Under the pieces are notes generated by a model. That model had not been told where the DNA came from. It searched no databases and saw only the letters and a program-made list of their open reading frames with translations. The position numbers were made by a program, and so were the translations under genes. A DNA stretch of 64,000 nt from Tubiluchus corallicola (taxonomy: Eukaryota > Animalia > Priapulida), in the NCBI GenBank assembly GCA_030141605.1, contig JAQGDQ010000449.1, positions 124,001-188,000 of the forward strand, given 5' to 3'. Below are positions 1 to 13,300 of this stretch, piece after piece (positions within the stretch are counted from its first letter, which is position 1; each line of letters begins with the position of its first letter).

Positions 1-290
1 GTGAGGTATGTGTCAAACTCGAAGAATATTAATTTTTTGCCAATCAGCGCAAATTTATGTTTCTTGCACTTTTTAAATATCCGCGCATAACACGAATCGT
101 GCTGAAATCTGCGAATGCAGCCAAACCAACTATGACTCTTTACTCATTAGCAAGAGGTCAGATGAGAACAGTCAGTAGCAACATGTTATAATTTAAACCC
201 GCACGATATGACAGTGGCTGCATTTTTCACAGGAATTCAGTATATTATAATGAGTGAGAATTACAATAAGTGTCAATGCAGTAATAGCCT

Positions 291-575
291 TGTGTTCAAA
301 TTACATGTGTCCAAATAGCCAATGTGTTCAAAATACCACCCCCACCCATATGTCCAGATGTCTCGCGTCCAAATTACATGTGTCGAAATGGCCTTCTTGT
401 ATCCAAATGACCTATGTGTCCAAATGTCTTGTGTCCAAATTACCTATGTGTCCAAATACCGATATCTTTAAAGTCACCTTGTGTCCATGTAACATATGTG
501 GCCAAAGTACCTTGTGGCTAAATGACCAGTGTCCCCCAAATGTTTTGTGGCAAAACGTCCTGTGTCAAAATGACT
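291..575. repeat. Degenerate ~15-bp tandem repeat (TGTGTCCAAATGACC-like), probably the internal or subterminal array of a non-autonomous DNA transposon
   Basis: Repeated tgtccaaat/tgtgtcgaaat/tgtggcaaaa units at roughly 15-nt spacing; this explains the spurious Cys-rich ORF 254..721. Confidence 0.7.
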
Positions 576-2985
576 GCACACCGCATGGATGCTCAGTCGT
601 AGTAGTTCTTTCGTTGATTCGTTTGCTTATTGACTGGCTGTTTGTTTGCCTTCTATTCGAACTCGAATCAAATTTTTTGCTTTGCTTTAAAACAAAAAAG
701 AGAGAGCGCTCTTACAACTAAATAGTTACATGAGCCCTGTCTGTCTAGGCATGAACGCAGCTAAAGTTTCCATTACTAAGAACCAAATGTAAATGCAACA
801 GCACGATAATCGGAGCAGCTGAGTGCTGTCTATTATTCACTGTTATTTCACTCTTATTCTCTCTGCGAATTTTCACATTTTGAATAAATGCTTAAATAAA
901 TGAAGTACTGAGGAACAAACGAATGAATGAATGAATAAACGAACGAATGTTTGAAAGAAAAGGTAAATGTCTGAATTACTGGGAGAAGTTTGAACGGTAT
1001 TAAAATCGTTGCTTGCTAAACAAAATGTATAAGAAACGTTGGGTTTGGCAGGTACTCCGAGGCTGCTTGTTTCCTTCCTTTTCTTTCTTTTGAAATAAAG
1101 ATGTCTTGTAACAGAACATAACTGTTGATTCCAAAAAAGTGTTTGCTATTATCAAAATCGGAGTCAGCAGAAAAAAATCAACATCCAAAAAGTTTGAATC
1201 TCAAACCTCCACAAACTCTTTTCAAATTTTACAGCACAAATTGCTGAAATTAATACATTTCCAGTTGATATTATTTTCCCACTGTTCCACATCAGCATGA
1301 GGCAGCTTCACCAGAGTTTCACGTGTTCTATTCTCGCCGGGTCACCTTGTTTGGTTGTGGGTAGGCTATCGTGCATATATCCCTGTTGTTTCTGGCTATA
1401 AGGTTTCGCCCACGTGGCATTAACCAGGGCACGCTTGTGTTTTCCGTAAATAGGACTACCAATGCCTCGTGAACTGAGCCCAGCAATAAAATAATAAACA
1501 TCGTAAGTTTATCGTTGGACATTATTTGGTCACGTGATCAACGTGCCGTATAACAATTTGTGCAACATTTTTTAATTAGTATTTCAAGCCGCTTTCATTA
1601 CCCGGAACGTGCAGTGATTCTGCGTTTTTTGACCAGCTGATAACGTAACTATCAAACAGTTCTAACTGCTCATCATAATTGTCAATTATGTCATTATAAT
1701 CGTTGCTGTCGTTGTCATACCGGTCGTTGGCCCTGGAACAGCTTTTGGTGTCACAACCAATGATAACTGTCAGCGTTGACTATGATCATGAATAACAAAA
1801 AGCTCCTCGGCCAGAATTAGCATGGTTAACGAGAAGCATTATTAACGAGACCGCCCAGAGCCAGTATTACCACTCACTGACCAGGCTTCGCGTTGAAGTG
1901 AATTCCTACCGTGCTAGGTTTACACCGTGATCATTCGACTATTCCGTTGCTCCTGTTTTAAGCGAAAAAGCAAGAGGAAGATGGAAACTGAGAGCACAGA
2001 ATTAACAAAACCAGATAACACAACTGCATCAAATTTACTTGGGAAACCATTATTAAATTAAATGATGTGCATGTTCTGCATCTGCTTAATATAGCTAATA
2101 CTCTCAAGCATCTACTTAATATAGCTAATACTCTCAACAATTTTTTTTATGAGGTTCAGATTAATTTAACTGAGAGCATTAGAAATACTAGTAAGACTTA
2201 CTATTAACTTCTCTTGTCTCATTCATTTAACTGGAACGGAAACACTAGTGTGCTTGGATCCGGCATGCCCTACTTGCTCATTTCTTGTAAAGTTAATGTT
2301 TTACAAGAAAGGTAAAAGTAAGAAAATAAAGTCAGACAAGTAAAAAGGCTGCTTTCGATGCCAACAAAAGTGCTATTCTACAAAACCTTAATTTTGCCAC
2401 GTTTCATATGGGTATAAACTTTTCAAAAAAGTACACGTAAAAACTATTTTAAAATAAACGTGTTACATAACGTACATTTATTCCGGGCCCCGTTAAACTA
2501 TACAGCTCTGAATTGCCCTAATTATACTTGTTGGATTTTTTACGTACGTTGTAAATATTCTGTAAATATCTTTGGATTTCCATTTCTATTTTTCTAATTG
2601 CATCCCTAGCTTAGTAGTTAATTCCTCTAGTGAGCATTTTATATAAATGCTGATTGTAATCTCAACTTTTATTATATATATATTATGTACATTGTTATAG
2701 GCACGTATATAGTGAAAAATTTTGCGTAAGACTTCATTATCAATATAATCATATTATATAAATATCATACTATTATCAGTATAATTAAAGCTATAATGAT
2801 ATCATCGAATAGTTTCATTATGTGTAAGTAATTCACCGCGACTTTTTGCTTCTGTCAACTTACATGGCTTCATAACGCTGCTGCCACCTACCTTCCAAGT
2901 TGCAAAAAGTGCTCTCCCCGGGCTATAGCTGTCTGGCAATTGCAGTTGAAATGATAAAATAAAAGAGAACGCGAAACCTTAACGT

Positions 2986-3200
2986 CAATTTAACTTGCTA
3001 AATTTAGGTTCAGATTTAATTTTTTATTGTACATGAATGGTCCGAAACATAAAGCATAAGCCAGTAGTAATAGTAAAGGCTTGAGGAAGAGAATGCAAAG
3101 CTTTTACATCAATTTAAGTTGCCAAGTTTAGGTTCAGATTTAAATGTTTTTTGTACATGTAAGGTCTGAAACAAAAAGCACGAGCCAGTAGCAATAATAA
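2986..3200. repeat. Imperfect direct duplication, about 123-bp period
   Basis: tcaattta...ttaggttcagatttaa...tgtacatg...gaaaca..aagca..agccagtag occurs at about 2986-3076 and about 3109-3200. Confidence 0.75.
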
Positions 3201-5059
3201 GAGCTTTATTAGTTGTTCGTGTTAAAATTCTATCTGCTGTTTTTTGCCAAGCCCTCTGAATATCAAAATGGAGCAGGCAAAAACGAATTGCTTACACTGT
3301 TATATATAAATTTTGCTATGTAGTCCTTCACATCGAGCAATGTTGTATTGGCGGAGAAAACAGTTTATAAAACGTTCTAGCCCAATAGGCCTCGACATTT
3401 AAGTCGTAGACCCTAGTAGCCTGGGAGATAACACTATGCAGTATGGTGAATATGCAAAGTATTCTATCCTTTGTATATCAGCGCAAAAAAAAACTTTCTA
3501 GCCTGGGAATTACATTATGCAAAACATTCTAGCTCAGAGATCACAGTGCATAAAATGTTATAGGTTTGGGATAACAGTTCATAAAACTATCTAAAACTTT
3601 CTAACCTGGATCGTTAACAAGTGCTTGTCGCAAGCAAATTCGTTATGTAGCAAGTAAGCGCGGGTCAAAAGTGCACACCCCTCAAACATTTTAAAAACTT
3701 CTTAAATGTTCAGACCGTATTGGCAGAACAGCACTCGGATGAGCTGCTCACTTGTTTTGAATAAACGACGATCGCCTGCAGAAGCTCGTCTACATACATT
3801 CTCGAGGACTTTGATGAAAGGCAGAATTATCCCAAAGAGACTTTTAAATTTCCGAATTCGAAGCGTCAGTCATGCTCCTTCAAGCTCTGCTAAATGCTCC
3901 ATCAGCGTGAGTGATTTTCTGCACACCTCCAGAACCTACGCGTCGTTTTCAGGACATGAACTACAGCAGCTTTGTATTGCCAGCCATGTTATACTATTAT
4001 ACTATAATGATTAGGGAGTTATAAACCCCATATTTTTCCACAAATAATCGTCAATTAATGATTTATACTTTACTAGCATTTGTGCAACAATCTCCACGGC
4101 AGGCAAATTATTCCATTATTCACTGCTCTTAAGGCAAATTGTCTAAAATATTATTGAAAATATTATCGAAACTCTCACAGTAAACATTTACCAATGTCGA
4201 GACGTGACTGCTCTTTAAAAAGTTTTAAACCATACCTTTTACTTCTAGAAACAACAACTAAAAGAAATTTTCATATTAAAATGTTTTCTTTCCTGGTCAG
4301 CATTTTATAAATCTCAATAAGATCTCCAAGGTGTCTTAATTCAAGTATGGTCAAAATTTATATCAAAAAATGCCAGTGAGGCTTATTTAACTCGTACAAT
4401 CGGTATAAGGATCAACTACGGGATGTGAGACGGGAGCGACAGGTAGACCCGATCTCTGAACTCAATTTTTTAATTTTTAAAACTTGAGTATCAGCCTAAA
4501 CAATAGCGCCGCACGACGACATTTAGTTTTGAGTGGAAGAAGTTACTAGAATTTAAAATTTAAAATTTTGTTCTCCTCGCATTGGTGTGCTATTTTCAAT
4601 GGTGGTGCTAGCGGCACCTAGTTAACGTTTCTGAAATCTTTTCAGTTCAGCCTTTTTTAGCTTTGTTATACATTACAGCCAATCAGATGTTAGAAGCCAA
4701 CTTTAGGTATAGTCAAATGACTTTCATGACCTATTTTACCTGTTCATATTTACACGTATGCGATTAGCATTTTCTTACTGCCGTAGTACTGGTGAACTCA
4801 TTAAATACTGTTTTTTGTATCCAGGATACCATTTAATCATCAAATTGTAAGTTCTATTAATTTAGACTAAATTGTCTTTATCTTGTAAATTAATACAATA
4901 ATCTGCTAATTTGGTTATAGATCAGAAATCCGTTAGAAACACGTCATATTTTTACTTAGCTGCTGTAATTTCCACCTGCTAATGTGTTAATTATTTTTCT
5001 ATTGTTTGCTTCTCTTTATTGTTGAATCACATCTTTATTCTGAATAAATTAATTTCAGG

Positions 5060-6330
5060 TTGATGGCATCAGGTAATGCCGGAGTTAAATTTTTCTTTTG
5101 GATGTTTTACTTGGGCGCGTCCACAATGTGCCGCAATATTTTATGCGCTCTGTATTGACACCAGTGGTTAAAAACAAAAATAATGGTACTGAAGATCGTA
5201 ATAGTTATAGGCCTGTTGCCATAAGCTCTACAAGTTCTTGAACATATTGTGTTATTGCGGTATTCTGAGTTGCTGCAAACTACTGATAATCAATTCGCAT
5301 TCAATTGGTTATCTTGGACCAAATATTTGCATTTATGGTTTAAAAGAAATTATGGATTCTTATCGGTCTAGGAATACACCTTTACATATATGTTTCGCTG
5401 ACGTTGCAAAAGCATTTGATAGTGTGAGTTATTTTAAACTATATTAAAATTAATCATGGAACAAATTTGCCAATAATTATCATCAGATTGCTGGCATATT
5501 TTTATATTAATCAAGGACTCTGTATCGGTGGGGGAAACTTACTTCAAGCAATTTTTATGTTGGTGACAATGTAAGACTGGGAGGAATTTTATCTCCGTGT
5601 CTATTCAATTTCTATTTTAGTGAATTGAGCGTAAATTTAAACAATACTCACACTGGTTGTCGAATTAATGGTTTGTTTATGAATCACCTTTCTTTTGCTG
5701 TTGATATTTGTTTGTTCTCTAATACAGTAAGGTAAATGAATACTATGTTAGATACATACCAAATGTTTGCTAAGAAGTATGATGTCATCTTCAACTCCGA
5801 GAAGACAAAGCTGCTAACTATTACTCCGCAAAATGTGAAATCGGTACCTTTTACTGACATTTATTGCAATGGTTCAGTAATTACACCTGTATTTTCGAAT
5901 AAATATCTAAGGCATATTATGACAAATCTGGCCTCTGATAATGAGGATATTGCGATACAGAAATGTCTTCTTGCTGCTAGAGCAAACATTCTTATTAGAA
6001 AATTTTCATTTTGTAGTAAAGATGTTAAGATATAATTGTTTAAAACATATTGTACAAGTGTCTATGGTATACCATTGCGGAGAAATTACAATTCCTATAG
6101 TATTAAAGAACTGAAAGTTACCTATAACAAGTGTATAAGAAAGCCATGTTCATTGCCCTATAATTGCAGCGCTAGTCAAATGTTTGTCAACCTGCAAATT
6201 CACCACATTGACGTATTTATACGAAAAGCTGATTATTCTTTTAAAAATCGATTAGATCGCTCTTATACTATGTTAATGCAAATGTATTTTAAATTCCGAA
6301 ATCAGTATGAATTCTTATATTTTTAGCAAA
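5060..6330 (+). mobile_element. Decayed non-LTR retrotransposon (CR1/L2-group) reverse transcriptase fragment
   Basis: Broken frames carry RT motifs: YRPVAISS, ICFADVAKAFDSV, GGILSPCLFNFY, NHLSFAVDICL (degenerate YADD), VIFNSEKTK, ARANILIRKF...LFKTYCTS. Several stops and frameshifts. Confidence 0.85.
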
Positions 6331-6407
6331 CAGAGAACAATTTTATTTGTAAATTCCCTTTCGTAAATACTCATCTGTATTATAACCGAATAGGCAAGGA
6401 AGACATT

Positions 6408-6530
6408 AAGAGAGAAAGAGAAAGAAAGGGGACCAGAGAGAGAGAAAGGGAGAGAAAGAGAGACGAGAACTGAAGAGGGAGAAAGAGAAAATGAAAAAAT
6501 GACTGAAAAAGTGAAAAAAATAAGAGAGAA
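6408..6530. repeat. GA-rich low-complexity tract
   Basis: agagaaagag...gagagagaaagggagag purine run. Confidence 0.7.
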
Positions 6531-6782
6531 AATAACATGAACAATTTAGAGGCATTTACTAGTGCTTATTTTAGCAATTATTTCACGTTAGTTTGTATTA
6601 TGTATTTGTCTTATGTATTTAATCAGCTCAAATAGAATTGTGATATGGCTGAATCGCAATTGTGATATGGCTTGTTCGGGGCATATAATTTATATCTACA
6701 TCATTGAGTGGCAAGTTACATACTAAAACTAAAATATGTCAGACATTAATAAACAATCTATCCATTGCAAAATAATCAACAT

Positions 6783-6788
6783 TTTATT
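6783..6788 (-). terminator. Probable polyadenylation signal (AATAAA) of the myosin gene
   Basis: TTTATT on the plus strand, about 340 nt downstream of the distal myosin stop codon at 7130. Confidence 0.5.
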
Positions 6789-7129
6789 TGACTTTTTCCA
6801 CACGAAGGCTGCATGCAATGAACAAACAATTTCGGCTGCTTTGTTAACAGTTAATAAAAATACATCGAACGATTAAGCTAAACGAAAAGACAGCAGTCTT
6901 ACTCATAAATAAAAATTGACTAGAATTACAAAGCTGGCGAGCAACGCCAATTAATAATGTTTCGGCGTGTTTTAAATGAATAGCAGTGTCTTTTCTTTAC
7001 TTCTGTTAGCAAAACACCTCGAAGGCAGAAGCTCAAAGAGAAGAGAAATCCTAAGGGATGAAATCACATGGCACCTCAACAGCAACATCTAGAGAAAAAC
7101 CTAGAAGACTTTAGACACTATAAACAAGC

Positions 7130-7156
7130 CTAAGGTCCTTTTTCGAATCCAAATTC
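7130..7156 (-). CDS. Mhc: Alternative terminal coding segment of the myosin heavy chain (EFGFEKGP*), read if exon 7326-7387 is skipped
   Basis: Strong acceptor ttcattttttgcag|GAA at 7156, in phase 0 with the donor at 8120; the upstream stop-containing exon ends in a donor (AACG|gtatta) at 7326. Confidence 0.55.
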   Translation of the reverse strand, partial: EFGFEKGP

Positions 7157-7342
7157 CTGCAAAAAATGAAAAACAGATAGTCGTAACAAAATATACACAA
7201 ACGCCGTTTACTGATTCTTTAAATAATTGATAATACAATTGTCGCTTACAAAAAATTTATTAATCATTTATACTTGACTTTCATGAGGATTTGAGAAACT
7301 GATTTTATAACGAATACCATAATACCGTTGTTTTGCTTAGAT

Positions 7343-10300
7343 CTATTCTTCGTCGAAATCCATCCTAGGACGACGTCTGGCTGGTTGCTGTAACAGAATA
7401 AAAACAGTTAAATTTATTTTATAAACCAAGCAAATCACGCAACGGGTTCATATCACTTAGTGTGTCATTTTTTAAAATTAACTATTGCAGTAGCTACTAT
7501 CTAACTTCAAAGCATCATCAAAAATTGATACACTTTTCAGTCAGAAAAGCAAAAATTGCGTTACCGAATGCAGACGTAATCAGTATAACTGTGGAAGTAT
7601 AGCGAATGTGTGTACTTGTGTAGCGAGCGTACGTTTGTAGAGACGTTTTAACAGTGTAAATAGGCCACAGAGTGCTCTACAAACTACACAAATAATATTA
7701 TTCTAATTTTAAGCTGAATTGCATGTAAAAATATTACATTGCCGTTATAATTATTTGTTCATTAGTCCCACACGCTAAATAAATCTGTCTGTAACAAACT
7801 GTTTGACGTAAACCGTCTTAGACAAAATTTGCCACCGTACGCTGCAATTAATCCGCAGACAAGAGCAGGGCGAGTTTTGTGGAACAGAAAATCCAGCAGG
7901 TTTTAAAAAATCCGTGTGTGACAAATTAGTAAAACAGCGTTTATCGAGACGAACAAAATTTTGAGTCAGACGTTTTGTCAGACAGAGTTTTGCAGGCATA
8001 ATTTGCATCGTGTGCGTCCTAGGTAAGAAGTGATGCGCGATTAATAAAAAAAATCTGTTTTAATGTGAATATGATTGACATGCAATATCATGTAAATAAA
8101 TCTACAAGTATAAACTTACAGGTTGTGTTCTTCCACCTGAAGCCATGCCGCCAGCACGGGCCTGAGCACGAAGTTTTGCAAAGGCATTCTCAGCATCTTC
8201 TGCTCTTGACTCAGCCTCTTCCAACTCTGTTTGGGCTTTACGGTACTTGGCGAGGTTCATGTTCGCGACTTCCTCTGCTTCCTCAATCTGTCGCTTGTAC
8301 AGCTTAATCTTTCCATTTAACTTCTCAAGCATATCCTGGAAATGAGCCTGGTTTTTCTTGTCCTCCTCAACCTGCATCATCAGTTCCTTGACACGACGGT
8401 CGGCTTTGCGGTAGTTTTTCTGGGCTTCACTGTGGCGACGCTGTTCAACATCAAGCTCTCCTTCCAGTTCACGAACGCGATGTTCAAGCTTAGCAATCAG
8501 TTTCTTTCCGCCCTTGAGCATGTTTGCTTCAGCTTCATCTAAACGAACTTGGAGATCCTTAATCTGTTGCTCTTGTGCCTTTCGTGCTTTCTCAATGTTT
8601 GCTGCGTGATCTTGCTCTTGGCGAAGTTCTTCAGCGAGACGAGCTGCATCAGCTACAGCAGTCCTTGACCTCTCATCAGCTGCTTTTAATTCGTTTACAG
8701 TTTCATCAAGATCAGCTTGCATTGTAGTGATATCACCTTCAATTTTCCTCTTTGCAGCAGAAATTGAAGCAATTTGAGATTGGAGATCACTAACACGGTC
8801 GTTTGCATCATTCAAATCTGCTTCAGCTGCACGACGATTACGCTCAGCTTGTTCAAGACTTGTTCTTGTTTCTTCAAGTTCAGCACTAATTGCATTACAA
8901 CGACGCTCACTGGCATTGAACTGCTCCCTGACTTCATCTCTGGCTCTTTGCTCTTCTTCTAATTGTGATTCCAAATCTGTAATGTGGGCTTGCAACTTCT
9001 TGAGATTCTTCTGCGCATCAGCATTCTGGCGATTTGCGCTGTCCAAAGCAACTTCAAGTTGGTTGATGTCACTTTCAAGTTTCTTCTTCATGCGCATTGC
9101 TTCTGCCTTACCTTTAGCCTCAGCCTCCAGACTGGCCTGCATGGAGTCAACTGCACGCTGGTGGTTTCTGCGAGTAGTTTCAAACTCTTCATCTTTTTCA
9201 GCTAAACGCCTATCGACTTCTTGACGAATTTGTTGCAGTTCAAGCTGGCCACGAACAACTTTAGCTTCTTCCTGTTCCAGGGCAGCTTCGGCTTCCTCAA
9301 GAGCTGACTGAAGTTCTTCCTTCTCCATTTCAACTCTGCGTCGAGCTTTGTCAACTTCATGGATATTTTTGCCACCTTCACTTAATTGATCAGTGAGGTC
9401 CTTAATCTCATCACTGAGGTTTCTAATTTCTCTCTTCAAATTCTCGATAGTGTCTTGAGCCTCTTCGTTGCTTGTTTTTGCCTTGAACATTTCTGTTGAT
9501 AAGGTGCGGCATTCTCGCTGGGAAGCTTCTAGTTCAGAAGCAAGATCATCTGACTTTTGTTTCCATTCAGCAATAGTCTTGTCGAAGTTACGTTGCCTCT
9601 TCTCTGCCGCATTTGCAGCAGCAGTTGCACGCTCAACTTCAATAGACATATCATCAAGGTCATTACTGAGACGCGACTTTGTCTTTTCTAAAGACGTTAT
9701 TTTTGCATTTGCTGTATCTAAAGCGTCCTCAGCAGACTGCAATTTGGTCATCATCTTACGTCTAAAAGAAAAAATACCATTCCATAAAAACTGATTGTAA
9801 AGCCTACCAAAATTGATGTAAAATAGAATATTTACGGTGACTGACAATATTTATCTGTATTTTTCTCCAGACAAACGAAATAAAAAGACCATATTGTTAA
9901 AAAGAATAAAATTAAGACAGCTGTTAGTACCTAAAATAAAAATACGAATTAAACTCGGCAATCTGCACGTTCAGCCTACTTCAAAAAGAACATACTTAAT
10001 TTCTTCTGCTTCAGGTCCTCCACCACCAAGACCTTCGCTCTCCACACGAGCACGAAGGGTATTGAAGTCATTGGTGACCTTGGCAAGTTGTCGCTGAATA
10101 GATGATTTGCCATCAGCTTCTTCCTCAAGCTGTTCTTTCGCTTGTTCAAGATCATGCTGTGCATTGCGCAGTTGAGCTTGTAGATTAGCTCTCTGTCTTC
10201 CTTCATCCTCTGCTGCATTCTTTGCTTCTTCTAACTGAGACTGCAGCTGAGATTTAATGCGGTTAAGCTGGTTGATTTGAGACTCTGCCTCTTCTACCTG

Positions 10301-13300
10301 CCTCTGTAGATCGTTGTTCTCGTTGGTCAACCTGGATTTTTGTCCATTCAAGTCGTTAATGGTTCTGGCAGATTCGTCTAATTTTGCATTGGCTTCTGAT
10401 AATTGACCTTCCAAGGCTTTACAGAGCTTATCAGCTTGTCCCTAACACAAATTGTAATTATTAGTATGATCAAAAATAGCTACAAGAACAACAATTTAAA
10501 TGAAAAAGAAACTTTTAAACACAAATACGTAAATCAATCATTACAATGTACGTGGTACACGCAAACTGTAAATTACCTTCGTTTTTGAGACATGGTCAAT
10601 GTTGCTCTTTAAATCATCAAGCTCCACCTTCAGTTGAGCCTTTTCTTTTTCAATCCTATAAATAGAAATATTATTTCATGACAAACATATTTGTTTTTTA
10701 CTTATTGTATTAATTAAGAGAACAATATAAAAATTTCGTAAAAAAGTTTATTCTTTTTCGAAGATTTTTCAAGTGGAATTGCATCTGATTATAACTAATA
10801 GAAAAAACATTCAAAACCAGATTTACTTTGCTTTTGTCTTTTGTGCTTGGTCCAGCTGTTCTCCCATCTCTGCAACAACGTCATTCTGCTTCTTGCGCAA
10901 AGCTGATATTGTGGCTTCATGCTGCAAGGCCTGTTCCTCAAGGTCACGACGAAGTTTGGCCAGTTCAGCTTCTCGTTTTTTGTTCAGTTCTACCTGAGCA
11001 TGCGTTGCACCTCCGGCTTCATCTAAACGCTCTGTCAGTTCCTCTAATTCTCGCATTGCATCGGCACGTTGTTTCTCTACTTTAGATCGAGCTTGTCTCT
11101 CTGCTTCCACTTCCTCTTCAACCTCCTCAATGCGAGCCTGATGTTCCTTAACCTTCTTTTGCAACTGATGGATTACACCTTGTTCATCCTCGCACTTGCT
11201 GCCCAAGTTTCCCAGTTCTTTGTCCTTTCTTCGAACATTTTCTTCCAAGTCGTGTTTGACCCTCTCCAATTCCTCAACAGTTTCTTGTGTCATCTTGAGG
11301 TCACCTTCAACTTTGCGTTTTGCCTTCTCAACATCAGCCCGTATCTTCTTTTCTCGCTCTAAATTATCTTCTAACTCGTCAAGACTTTGTTCTAGTTTTG
11401 CTTTTACCTTATTTAGATGGTTTACCTTGTCCTCTTCTTTTTGGAGGTCTTCTGAAGTTCTCTATAATGCAAACATGCAGAAAGGAGATCAATCAAGTTT
11501 GCATTTATTTTTGCAAGTTAATCACAGTATGTCATTTTTTAATAGTTAAATATTTAGAAATTTATATGTAATCTGACTGTATATACTTTAATTTAATTTC
11601 AATTTGATTTTTTTTTTATTCAGTACCCACATATATCTAAGGTCAATATATGATTAGATCGAAATGAAAATGCTCACCGACTGAGTTTCTTCGACATTCT
11701 TTTTCTCTTTTGTCACCTTGGCGATCAGTTCATCTTGCCTAGCAATTTCGTCATTAAGTTGCTTTATTTGGTGTTCTTTTGCTGTCTTCTCACTTTCTGT
11801 TTTCTTTAGCTGACGCTCAAGGTCTTCTATTTGGCTCTTCAGATCTGAAATGTCACTCTCCGCCTTGCGTTTGGCATCAGATACATTAGCTGAGTTTTCT
11901 TCTTCCTCTGCCAAACGATCTCGCATGTCGTGCATTTGCGTCTCAAGTTCGAGCTTCTGACTCATCAATTTAGTTGCTCGCTCTTCAATGTCTGCAATAG
12001 TTTCTGCTTCATTTTGACATTGGATATAAAGTTCCTGCTTCTCCTTTGTAACTTTGGTAAACTTTTCTTCAAATTCTTTGCGGCCCTTGCTTTCCTTCTC
12101 AAGCTCTTCTTTCAACTTAGCTATTTCCTCATCCTTCTTTTTCATGTCATCCTCCTGACGAGCAATAGAAAGAAGAGGCTTGACCTTGGTGTACAGCTTC
12201 CACCAGGGCCAATTGCGGCATTGCAAGTACTTCCTGGTGTTGCGCTGGATGACAATCATAGCCAGACGTTGTGCCTTCATCTTGACGTATTCTTCTCTCA
12301 TCTGTTTTCCTCTTATCCATGCTTGCATCAATGTTACGATGCGGGTAATACGTTCGTCTCGCATCTCCTCAAGTTTTCCGAGAGAGCCAGACTTGAAGAA
12401 AACTTTTGTGTGGCCAAGTTTATAAGTCTCAACATCCCATTCAAGTGCAATAAGTATGCGAGAGGTGACATCTTTACTATCAGCAAAACCTTCTGGGACA
12501 GCATTTGGTGCCAAAATTTGATACCTGTTGAATAATATTAACACAATGTGTCAGAAAACACCTAATAAATTCAATGCATTTTCGACAAAAGTGATTAATA
12601 TGATAATGAATATATTTTAAAATCGTGTACCTATGTTTGAAATCACCATACAGCAGTCTGTTGGGGAAGCCCTTACGGCAAATACGGATTCCTTCCAGTA
12701 CACCGTTGCAAGTAAGCTGGTTCATTACAAGGTCGGCATCAAGCACACCACCCTCCTTGTTTTCATTGGGGATGATGCATCGTACAAAGTGTGGAGATGT
12801 GTTCCTCAGTGTTGTCATCAACTTATTAAGTTGTTCCTGTCAAAACAGCACAAACTGGTGAAATAATTGGTGTCTTGTCAATCAAGCAATCTTGCCTGCC
12901 TGATAAACTGTACGACGAAATTACAGCAAAAATTAACGGCAAAGCATTAGTTTAGGTTGTGAGCGATCTGATTTACATGTTGTACTTGCCTCATATGCGC
13001 TCTTAGCACAAGCGCTAAACTTTATCTCAACGCACTGCGATAATACAATGCTGGCACCACCATATTAAAGAGATACGAACACGGTAAATGCATTAAAAAC
13101 AGAAAAATTCAAACTTACTCTGTACACTGCAGAAACAGTCTGGAAAGCTGATCCCTTCTTGCGCTTGCCTTTGCCGCCAGTTTCTTCTTCAACTACCAAT
13201 TTGTCAGCGAACAGAATTGGCATTAAACTATTGCCATGTGAATGGGCAAAAGTAACAGCAACAGTGTCGTTGATGGGATCCTTGTTCTTTTCCAGCCAGT

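Noticed and set aside
254-721. 155-aa Cys-rich ORF
   Set aside because: It is the translation of the ~15-bp tandem repeat; no splice or domain support.
2079-2138. 30-bp tandem duplication (a similar 36-bp one lies at about 62770-62843)
   Set aside because: Ordinary slippage duplications in repeat or UTR DNA with no sign of function.
8065-12866. Many plus-strand ORFs overlapping myosin (e.g. 11930-12535, 201 aa)
   Set aside because: Antisense shadows of Glu/Lys/Gln-rich coiled-coil codons.
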